The translations under genes were made by a program, and so were the position numbers. This document shows, piece after piece, positions 8,463 to 17,900 of a DNA stretch of 32,000 nt. The stretch covers positions 2,790,001 to 2,822,000 of the forward strand of contig NC_008312.1 of the NCBI RefSeq assembly GCF_000014265.1, read 5' to 3'. The notes beneath the pieces are model-generated. The model was not told where the DNA came from, did not search any database, and saw nothing but the letters and a program-made list of their open reading frames with translations. Each line of letters begins with the position of its first letter. The first letter of the stretch is position 1. The DNA is from Trichodesmium erythraeum IMS101 (GTDB lineage: Bacteria; Cyanobacteriota; Cyanobacteriia; Cyanobacteriales; Microcoleaceae).

Positions 8463-9458
8463 ATGAAAGCAGTTGTAATGATATCACCTGGGACACCAGA
8501 AGTTTTGCAAGTACAGCAGGTTGCTGATCCTGTAATTGAAAATGATAGAGAAGTCTTAATCCGTTTAAAAGCTGCCGGAGTCAATCCTATTGATACCAAA
8601 TTAAGGACTCGTGGCACTCTTTACCCAGATAAAATGCCAGCTATTTTAGGATGTGATGGAGCGGGTATTGTGGAAGCTATTGGTAAAAATGTACAAAAGT
8701 TTCAAGTGGGAGATGAAGTTTATTTTTGTAATAGTGGTATCGGAGCTGCTCCAGGAAATTATGCAGAATTGGCTGTTGTTGATGAAAGATTTGTCGAGAA
8801 CAAACCGAGTTCTTTAAGCTTTGTTGAAGCTGCTGCTGCACCCTTAGTTTTAATTACTGCCTGGGAATCTTTGTATGATCGAGGAAAGTTACAAGCTGGT
8901 AGAAAAGTCTTGATTCATGGTGGTGCTGGTGGTGTTGGTCATGTGGCTATACAGTTGGCAAAGTTACAGGGTGCTGAAGTTGCTACTACTATTAGTTCAA
9001 AAGAAAAATCAGATTTTGTTAAAAGTTTGGGAACAGATTTAGCAATTTTTAAGAATGAAGATTTTGTGAAAGTTGTTTTAGATTGGACTAATGGGGAAGG
9101 GGTAGATTTGGCTTTCGATACTATTGGTGGTAAGGTTTTCTATGATACTATTCCGGCAGTAAAAGTTTATGGAGATTTAGTAACAATTTTAGAGCCTGAT
9201 ACTAGCTTAGGAAATTTGAAAGTTGCTAGGCAAAGAAATCTGCGAATTGGGTTGGAATTAATGTTAACTCCAATGACGAAAGGACTGATGGAAGCTCAAG
9301 AAGACCAAGCTAAAATTTTGCAGCAATGTAGACGGTTATTTGACCAAGGAAAGCTGAAGATTCATGTGAATAGAACTTTTGCTCTAGACGACGCCATAGA
9401 AGCACATCGAATTTTGGAAGCAGGGTCTATGCTTGGTAAGATTGTTTTGACTATTTAA
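8463..9458 (+). CDS. MDR-superfamily oxidoreductase (quinone oxidoreductase / zinc-type alcohol dehydrogenase-like)
   Basis: 331 aa. Contains EVLIRLKAAGVNPIDTKLR, GCDGAGIVEAIG, the nucleotide-binding VLIHGGAGGVGHVAIQLAK, and a C-terminal GKIVLTI typical of the family. Confidence 0.85.
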   Translation: MKAVVMISPGTPEVLQVQQVADPVIENDREVLIRLKAAGVNPIDTKLRTRGTLYPDKMPAILGCDGAGIVEAIGKNVQKFQVGDEVYFCNSGIGAAPGNYAELAVVDERFVENKPSSLSFVEAAAAPLVLITAWESLYDRGKLQAGRKVLIHGGAGGVGHVAIQLAKLQGAEVATTISSKEKSDFVKSLGTDLAIFKNEDFVKVVLDWTNGEGVDLAFDTIGGKVFYDTIPAVKVYGDLVTILEPDTSLGNLKVARQRNLRIGLELMLTPMTKGLMEAQEDQAKILQQCRRLFDQGKLKIHVNRTFALDDAIEAHRILEAGSMLGKIVLTI

Positions 9459-10933
9459 TTTTGAATAGGTAGGGATTTTCCATGGAACGGAACTAAATCT
9501 TAGGGTTCAAAGACATAAGATATCTTTGCTCTTAGTCTATAATTCTTAAAAATATTAAGTAGTTAAACAAAATTAATTACATAATTTTTTCGTAATGCAA
9601 TGAGACAAAAGTTTTCCAGTTGACATAAGCATCTATTCCTAGCTATTCATTTTGAGTAAAACGCCACCAAATTTATCTCAAATTCAACGGTGAAGAATAG
9701 GTAGGCAATTCAAAGATAGTAATTTGCAAAATTGAGCACTCTTCAAGTTAATCAAAAATCCCATCACTGTTATGAATAGATAATTGCTCTCAAACAATTT
9801 CTGTGGGTTGGTTTATATTAGGAAAAAGTTACCTATATAAAAAATAATTACATCAGAATTAATTTTTGCAGTTGAAACATAACTTTCTCTGATTATTTGG
9901 GGAAGAGATTCATCATTCTATTAACATTCAGATCGGTTTATATCTATATGGGGAATTTAAGTATTTCCGGGATACTGCCAGACACTGAGAATCCTAGTAA
10001 TCATACTAAACCATACTTCATCTAAGTAATATAAATTAATTTTTTCCCCAAAAAACTATAATTTTAAATTCTTCTGTTTTATTAGCTTGTTTTATTTATC
10101 TTCTTCACCCATGAGGTTGTATTTCTAAAGCTTTACCCTGATGATTCACTCATCATTCTGAAACTTTTAATAATTCTTGCTAGAGTTTTTTTAAGGTCAC
10201 AATTCTCCAGATTGATACAGTAGTACATCATTAGTTGTTTGTGTAAGTAATTTTGTTTAGTTACTTACTAAACTTTAGTTAGAGATTAGTTAATAAATAT
10301 ATAGCTATTCTATTTTTACATTGTCAAAAATCTAGCAGCTTTTTGGGAATCATGAAGATATAATAGTTTCGGAGTTTATTTCTAGTGTTTTTTATTTTGA
10401 CAACCTGGGGAATTAGATTACTATAATATCTTGATAATATATCAGTTTCAGTAGTGGCTTACTTCAAGAAAAGTACTAAAAAATGACAAAATTAATATTG
10501 GCTCTCTTGGAATTTTTCCTGGATTTTCCCTGACCTGAGTGGAACAAATATAGAAAAATTAATGTGCTGCAACTATTGTTTATTGGTTCTTCGCCGATCC
10601 CGGATCTTAACTAATACCAAACCCGGGTCTAATAGCAGGGTTGTTCCATGACCTAATCCCTGACAGTATTTACCTCTGATGTGTGATGTATATTTAACAG
10701 CTCTGAAGAAACCTGCTCCACATAGAGTTTTACTATTCATCTCTTCTACTTATAATGTTGATCCCATAATGTATTTACCAACGGCTGTAACTTAAAAAAA
10801 ATACTCTCTTACTCTTGGCAGGTTTTGTATCATTTGAGAATTCTATATCAGTTTCGGGAACATAGTAAATTATAAATTTAGGGACGTTCTACAGGAGAAA
10901 TGAAAAAAATATTTGTATAATTTATGAATTATA

Positions 10934-11641
10934 TTAGCAATCAATATAATATTTAGGAATAACTAAAGTTAATAACCAATATAATTTGTACTTAAAAGTG
11001 TTTTTATCTACATTTTTTTCTACAGCTGTAGGTTGTTTCATTACTTGTAATAACGAATTTAAAGCATAATTTTCAGATGAGTTTACTTGCTGATCAAAAA
11101 GAGCAATATTGATTGCTAAAGGCAGAGCAATAGCAGCTACATCTGGCTCTAATTCTTCAACTAATAAATCAATAGACTGAGGAACTCTAACTGCAGAACG
11201 AATTCCTTGCAATATATTTTCATTTAATCCTAACTGCTGTAAACTAGGATATATTTCGTCCCATTTAACTTTCTGATTGGGTTCTCCTGCTTGAATAACG
11301 TAAGCTATCAACCTTTCCAGTTTTCCTTGTTGCTTGGTTGTCATATTTTGGATAGGTTCAGTTTTAGTTAACTCTTGAGAATCATTTTGATTTTTTTCTT
11401 GTTTTATACCACTGACAATTTTTTCCCAATCTTGACCATCACAAGATTCGGGTTTTTCCACAGTTAAAGAAATAGTTATTTTTTTGTCTTGACTAGCATC
11501 TAGCTCAGTTACCTCTGCTCTGACTCCCAAAAAACCTAGCCATTTCGCAATTGTATGAATTAATGTTAGACGGGTTGAGTGACAGTTTGCTAATAACCGA
11601 ACCTGGGTCCGAACCATAGGACGAACTATTTGTGTCAGCAT
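10934..11641 (-). CDS. Hypothetical protein (function unknown)
   Basis: 235-aa ORF uninterrupted in AT-rich DNA, with a plausible two-part layout. The N-terminal part is MLTQIVRPMVRTQVRLLANCHSTRLTLIHTIAKWLGFLGVRAEV. A low-complexity linker follows, then a helical C-terminal part, LERLIAYVIQAGEP...IALPLAINIALFD. I do not recognise a family with confidence. Confidence 0.55.
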   Translation of the reverse strand: MLTQIVRPMVRTQVRLLANCHSTRLTLIHTIAKWLGFLGVRAEVTELDASQDKKITISLTVEKPESCDGQDWEKIVSGIKQEKNQNDSQELTKTEPIQNMTTKQQGKLERLIAYVIQAGEPNQKVKWDEIYPSLQQLGLNENILQGIRSAVRVPQSIDLLVEELEPDVAAIALPLAINIALFDQQVNSSENYALNSLLQVMKQPTAVEKNVDKNTFKYKLYWLLTLVIPKYYIDC

Positions 11642-11679
11642 TAAAATCCACTTACTATCTTAGCTAAAAGTTTACTTTT

Positions 11680-12490
11680 TTTATAGTATAGTCAAGGCTT
11701 TGGTGATAAATAGCAATTTTAGCTACAGATTTTTTTGACTATTGCCTTCAAATTTAGAAATGATGTACTCTATCTCAATTAAATCCATTGGTCTGAAGTT
11801 TAATCCACAAAATGCGCATTTACCTTTTTGTGGTTTCAACAGTGTTGTGACTTCTTTCCTTATGCTCGGGTTTTTGCCAATTCTGCTACTTCAGTCAACC
11901 TAGTTACTATCATGGAGTGATTTATTACTTTTAACTTTGACATACCTGATAATAAGTACCTCTAAGTGTTGACTTAATATTATGTTTGTCTTGGTTAAAT
12001 ATCCAGTTTTGGGTTTATTTCACATTGGGAAAATGCTTTTTCCAGACCGGGGTGTCTGTTTTGTTTGAGTGTTTCCTACTTACCCATAAAGCTAGTCTTT
12101 GACCTAAGAGGTTATCCAGTTTACTAAACACTTTTTTGTCAAATTGCATATATTGACAAGAATTGTGCACCTTGGTTATCAATTTATATTTGAATGGTAT
12201 CTTAAAGAGGTTTTCTGGTTCCCTTATGCTTTTTTTACGACTTTGAAAATGGTTGAATCAGGGTTTTAAACCCTTGTTTGCTTGACTTAACCTAACCTTG
12301 CCTGACTGTAAAATCTAAAAAATTAAATCCATATTCTGATGAGTCAAATTCAGGATGATTCTCTTTATATTCTTCAGTGGGTATGGCCTATTCTGTTTTT
12401 TCCGATTTAAGTTCTAATTCTATGCAGCTTAACCATTACCGTCTCAAGGCTTTTGTTACATTACTACTTTGATATCCTTGTGTAATATTT
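11680..12490 (-). pseudogene. Group II intron-encoded protein remnant (RT C-terminal part, maturase, HNH), degraded
   Basis: Reverse-strand fragments in several frames. WLSCIELELKSEKTE*AIPTEEYKENHPEFDSSEYGFNFLDFTVRQG corresponds to the RT segment L.L..EKT.I.H...GFDFLGF. LLGQRLALWVSRKHSNKTDTPVWKKHFPNVK* corresponds to the maturase L.RW..RRHPNKS..W...KY. TLLKPQKGKCAFCGLNFRPMDLIEIEYIISKFEGNSQKNL corresponds to the HNH Q.GKC..CG......D..EVDHIIP...GG....NLQ. Multiple stops and frameshifts. I could not find intron domain V/VI. Confidence 0.6.
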
Positions 12491-12721
12491 GGGGTATTTA
12501 TAGTTCAGATATTTTAATTCATAATTTAACTTTAGTTAATATATAGTCAAATATCATAATTGATTCATATTTTTTTTTAAGTATCAATTTATTTGTATCA
12601 AACTATACTTTAAATATAAAAAAAAACTTTTTCTACAAAAAGTACACAAAAAACACTTGTAATCTAAAAACGGTGATAAAAATTTAATTAGAGAACTTAA
12701 TACTCACAAAAGTAAAAAACT

Positions 12722-14143
12722 ATGGGACAGCAAAAATTTGGTGTTATCGGTCTAGCTGTAATGGGTGAAAACCTAGCTCTCAATGTAGAACGCAACGGAT
12801 TCCCCATTTCTGTATATAACCGCAGTGACGATAAAACTAAGAAATTTATGGCAGAACGGGCACAAGGAAAAAACGTCCACGCTGCTTATAGTTTAGAAGA
12901 TTTTGTTCAATCCCTAGAAAGACCCCGCAGAATCCTAGTAATGGTAAAAGCAGGAAATCCAGTCGATAAGGTTGTTGAACAACTTAAACCTCTGTTAGAT
13001 AAAGGTGACATGATCATTGACGGTGGTAACTCTCTCTATGAAGATACAGAACGCCGTACTAAGGATTTAGAATCCACTGGATTAGGTTTCATGGGAATGG
13101 GAGTTAGTGGTGGAGAAGAAGGTGCCTTATGGGGTCCTAGTTTAATGCCGGGTGGTACAGAGGCTTCTTACAAAGAATTAGAAGCTATTTTAACTAAAAT
13201 AGCTGCTCAAGTTGATGATGGTCCTTGTGTCGACTACGTTGGTCCTGGAGGTGCTGGTCACTATGTGAAAATGGTACACAACGGCATTGAGTATGGCGAT
13301 ATGCAGTTAATTGCTGAAGCTTATGACTTGCTGAAAAATGCTGTAGGAGTTAGCAACGAACAACTCCATGAAATTTTTGCTGAGTGGAATAAAACTCCAG
13401 AGTTGGAATCTTTCTTAATTGAAATTACAGCTGATATCTTTACTAAGAAAGATACTGAGACTAGCAATCATTTAGTTGACATGATTGTTGATTCTGCTGG
13501 ACAGAAGGGTACAGGCAGATGGACGGTGATTAATGCTTTAGAATTGGGTGTTGCTGTTCCTACTATTACGGCGGCTGTTAATGCTCGTATCATGTCTGGT
13601 ATTAAGGAGGAGCGTGTTGGTGCTGCTAAGGAATTAACTGGTCCGAGTGGTCAGTATGAAGGTGATAAGCAAGCTATGATTAATAAGGTGCGGGATGCCT
13701 TGTATTGTTCTAAGATTTGTTCTTATGCTCAAGGTATGGCTTTGTTGGCTCAGGCGTCTCGACAGTTTGATTATAAGCTGAATTTGGGTGAGTGTGCGCG
13801 AATTTGGAAAGGTGGTTGTATTATTCGGGCTGGGTTTTTGAATAAGATTAAGAAGGCTTTTGATGAAAATCCTGCTCTACCTAATTTATTGTTAGCTCCA
13901 GAGTTTAAGCAGACTATTCTTGATCGCCAGAATGCTTGGCGGGAAGTTGTTGCTTTAGCTGGTAAGTTAGGACTGCCTGTTCCTGCTTTTAGTGCTTCTC
14001 TAGATTATTTTGATAGTTATCGTCGGGTAACTTTGCCTCAAAACTTGACTCAGGCTCAACGGGATTATTTCGGCGCTCACACTTATGAGCGTATTGATAA
14101 GTCTCGTGGTCAGTTCTTCCATACTGAGTGGCCTACTAAGTAA
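12722..14143 (+). CDS. gnd: 6-phosphogluconate dehydrogenase, decarboxylating
   Basis: 473 aa. Contains FGVIGLAVMGENLALN (Rossmann), IIDGGNSLYEDT, GMGVSGGEEGA, HYVKMVHNGIEYGDMQLIAEAY and AQRDYFGAHTYERID. Confidence 0.95.
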   Translation: MGQQKFGVIGLAVMGENLALNVERNGFPISVYNRSDDKTKKFMAERAQGKNVHAAYSLEDFVQSLERPRRILVMVKAGNPVDKVVEQLKPLLDKGDMIIDGGNSLYEDTERRTKDLESTGLGFMGMGVSGGEEGALWGPSLMPGGTEASYKELEAILTKIAAQVDDGPCVDYVGPGGAGHYVKMVHNGIEYGDMQLIAEAYDLLKNAVGVSNEQLHEIFAEWNKTPELESFLIEITADIFTKKDTETSNHLVDMIVDSAGQKGTGRWTVINALELGVAVPTITAAVNARIMSGIKEERVGAAKELTGPSGQYEGDKQAMINKVRDALYCSKICSYAQGMALLAQASRQFDYKLNLGECARIWKGGCIIRAGFLNKIKKAFDENPALPNLLLAPEFKQTILDRQNAWREVVALAGKLGLPVPAFSASLDYFDSYRRVTLPQNLTQAQRDYFGAHTYERIDKSRGQFFHTEWPTK

Positions 14144-14986
14144 TTTAGGACTACCCGCAAACCGAAACTAGAAACCTGGTTTTTCAGAGATGTCTATTGT
14201 TAAAACATAAGATTTTTTGTGAAAACTGGGTTTCTTTGGGTAATATCATGTCCGTTGGTATTGGAAGGTGTCAAAGCCGGGGAGATATCTACTATATTTA
14301 AGGTTTTTTTCTCTTAATGCTTTTTCCTTTCCTTTGCACTGAGAATACTGATGCTGCTAACGGACATGATTAAAGTCCGATAATTATTTCTGTTTAAAGG
14401 TTAGGCGATCGCTCTTTGGTTAAATAGTGGCGATCGTCTTGAGCAATAACTAATTAGACTGATTTTGAGTAGCTTGTTCCCCTTGCTCAAGGGTTAATTC
14501 TAACTGTCGTGCTATCTCTTTTTCTGTTAACCTTGTTTCTTAGAATATAGGCACTCCTTGTAAAATTTTTCCAGGGTTGGAGATTGAACAATGAGTTGAA
14601 AATAAATATCAGGCATCTCTAAAAAAAATACTCTGTAAAATATTTTGTCTGTTTTCATCTAAAAATATTTTTGTAAAACTTTTAATTAAATCACGGTGAA
14701 TAACTAGCTATTAAGGTTTGAAGGTAATTTTAATTTTGTGAAAAATTTGTCGATTATTGAGAGTTTTAAACGTCGACAAAAAATTTACTTATTGGTTAGT
14801 TATTAATTGATGAATTTAAGTTATTAGTCGTCAAAAAAATTACTTATCAGAATATTTACTGGTATACTATCTTCTTCAGTTTAAGTAGGATAGAAAAAAG
14901 AGTAGATCATTTGTTTTTTTCCAGACTTACTTAACTAACTGAAAAAAACAAAGATTGATCTAAAAAATATTTCTAGGGAAGCAATT

Positions 14987-17900
14987 GTGGATCCTATATC
15001 TGAAGAATTAAACAACTTTAGACAAGGTTTTACTTTTACAGGTACAGGCGAAGTGTTAGCCGAGGTAGATAAATTCGGTGATGAGCTGCGATTTTCTAGT
15101 GGTCTTGAATTAAGTCCAGCTAGCGAGGAACTAAAAATTGAAAATATAGATACATCTAATGCTGATGAAAATTTCTTGTTGCCCAAGAGTAATTTGGGAA
15201 ATTTAGATTTAAATATAGAGGACTCAGAAGATAGGACTTTAAAGACTGAAACAGACCCACTGATAGGACAAGACAATGATCCCGTTCAAGAAGTCGACTC
15301 TTTAATTAGTGGGACATCTGATCGGGTAAACAATATACAAACTAGGGCTGCTAAAAAGCGGGATAAAGCAGGTAATAGTCGAGGAAAAGCCCACAACTTA
15401 GGAGTTTTAGAGGATGATCAAAAGTTACAGGAGTTTGTCGGTAAGTCTGACCGGAAGGACTTTTATAAGTTTAAGGTTAAGAACAAGACGGATATAGATA
15501 TTGAGTTGGGCGGCCTCAGTGGAAATGCGGATTTGTATTTGCTGAATAATAGGGGGAAAGTTATTGAGAAGTCTAATAAGGGTGGTAAAAGGGCAGAGGA
15601 TATTGAGCGGACTTTGAACCCAGGGACTTATTATGTGAGGGTGCAGTCAAAAGGTAGAGCAAATGCTAATTACAACTTGAGTTTGGATAGTGAGTTGTCA
15701 GATCTGGCGGGTAATAGTTTGAAGAGAGCTCACAACTTGGGAGTGTTGAAGGATGATCAAAAGTTCCAGGAGTTTGTCGGTAAGTCTGACCGAAAGGATA
15801 TTTATAAATTTAAGGTTAAAGACAAGACGGATGTAGATATTGAGTTAGGCGGCCTCAGTGGAAATGCGGATTTGTATTTGCTGAATAATAGGGGGAAAGT
15901 TATTGAGAAGTCTACTAAGGGTGGCAAAAGGGTAGAGGACGTTGACCGGACTTTAAACCCAGGGACTTATTATGTAAGGGTTCAGTCGAGGAATAAGAGG
16001 GTTAATGCTGATTATAGTTTGAGTTTAGATACAAAGAGCCCACATTTGCATATTCACGAACCTATAATTATAAACGCCATCGACACTGCTGCAGATCAAC
16101 CCGGTACATTAGATGACTCTTCAACAATTGATTTGATGGTTGTTTACACTTCAGAAGCTCGCCGAGCGGAGGGGGGTATAGATGCTATCAAAGATCTAAT
16201 TGAGTTTGCTGTTGATGACGCCAATGAAGCCTTTGCTAAAAGCGGAGTTCAATCCCAGTTACGGCTAGTCCATACAGCAGAGGTTAACTATACCGAGTCG
16301 GGTAAAAGTATTAAGGAACTTGAACGGCTAAAAAACGATTCAGACGGCTATATGGATGAAGTTCACGAACTTCGTAATGATTATGGTGCTGACATTGTAA
16401 GTTTATTTGTCAGCAGTCTTGACGATGCTGGTGGTATAGCTTATCCAATGGGCACGCCAGCGTATCAATTTGAAAGTCACGCTTTCAACGTTGTCACCAA
16501 TTATAATGCCAAAACTCGTCACACTCTTGCTCATGAAATAGGACATAATCTAGGATTAGCCCATGATCGCGATAATGCTGAAGGTCAAGGTTCTTTTCCT
16601 TACGGCTATGGTTACACTACTCCCAGTGGCGCGGGAACCATAATGTCTTATGCTAGGAACAGACTTCCATACTTCTCTAACCCTGCTATTAGCTACAATG
16701 GTGAAGCACTTGGTCAAACCAACCGTGAGAACTCTGCTTTAGCTATTAACAAAGTGGCTCAATATGCTGCTAACTGGCGACCTTCTGGTGGTACAATTAA
16801 ATCCCAAGACTCTATCACTCTCAACTCCCCCAACGGAGGTAATACCTTAGAACAGGGTTCTAATTATACTATTACTTGGAATGACAATATTAGCGAAAAC
16901 ATCAAACTGGAACTATACAAAGGAGGTTCTTTCTACAGTACCATTAACAGTTCTACTACCAGCGATGGCAGTTACAGTTGGAGCATACCCACATCCATAA
17001 CCAGTGGCAGCGACTACAAGTTAAAAATTAGTAGTGTTAGTGATAGTAGCTTGTACGACTACAGCGATAGCAACTTCACTATTGAACCAGAAGAGTTCAT
17101 CACGCTCACAGCTCCCAACGGAGGTAACAGTCTAGAACCAGGGAGAAGCTACTACATCGACTGGGAGGATAATATAAGCGAGAATGTGAAACTAGAACTG
17201 TACAAAGGAGGTTCTTTCTACAGTACTATTAATAGCTCTACCTCCAGTGATGGTCGTTACAATATCTGGACAGTACCCACATCCATAACCAGTGGCAGCG
17301 ACTACAAGATTAAAATCAGTAGCGTTAGTGATAGTGGCTTGTACGACTACAGCGATAGCAACTTCACTATTGAACCAGAGGAGTTCATCACGGTCACAGC
17401 TCCCAACGGAGGTAACAGTCTAGAACCAGGAATAAGCTACTACCTTGACTGGGAGGATAATATAGGCGAGAATGTCAAAATAGAACTGTACAAAGGAGGT
17501 TCTTTCTACAGTACCATTGACAGCTCTACCTCCAGTGATGGTCGTCACATCTGGGGAGTACCCACATCCATAACCAGTGGCAGCGACTACAAGATTAAAA
17601 TCACTAGTGTTAGTGATAGTGGCTTGTACGACTACAGCGATAGCAACTTCACTATTGAACCAGAAGAGTTCATCACGCTCACATCTCCCAACGGAGGTAA
17701 CAGTCTAGAACCAGGGAGAAGCTACTACATCGACTGGGAGGATAATATAAGCGAGAATGTGAAACTAGAACTGTACAAAGGAGGTTCTTTCTACAGTACT
17801 ATTAATAGCTCTACCTCCAGTGATGGTCGTTACAATATCTGGACAGTACCCACATCCATAAGCAGTGGCAGCGACTACAAGATTAAAATCAGTAGCGTTA

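Noticed and set aside
9490-9520. tRNA-like T-arm motif (gggttcaaaga) downstream of the oxidoreductase gene
   Set aside because: No complementary acceptor stem, D-arm or anticodon arm could be built around it. I found no tRNA-like cloverleaf anywhere in the window.
12595-12608. GTA-N8-TAC (NtcA-type) site gtatcaaactatac 115 bp upstream of gnd
   Set aside because: In DNA of this composition the 6 specified bases are expected many times per 32 kb by chance. I could not place a TAN3T -10 box at the canonical ~22-nt spacing. It is not reportable without TSS data.
14440-14560. Minus-strand fragment ETRLTEKEIARQLELTLEQGEQATQNQSN* resembling a helix-turn-helix segment
   Set aside because: It is only about 30 codons long and bounded by stops. 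The similarity to HTH proteins is generic, so it is too weak to call a pseudogene.
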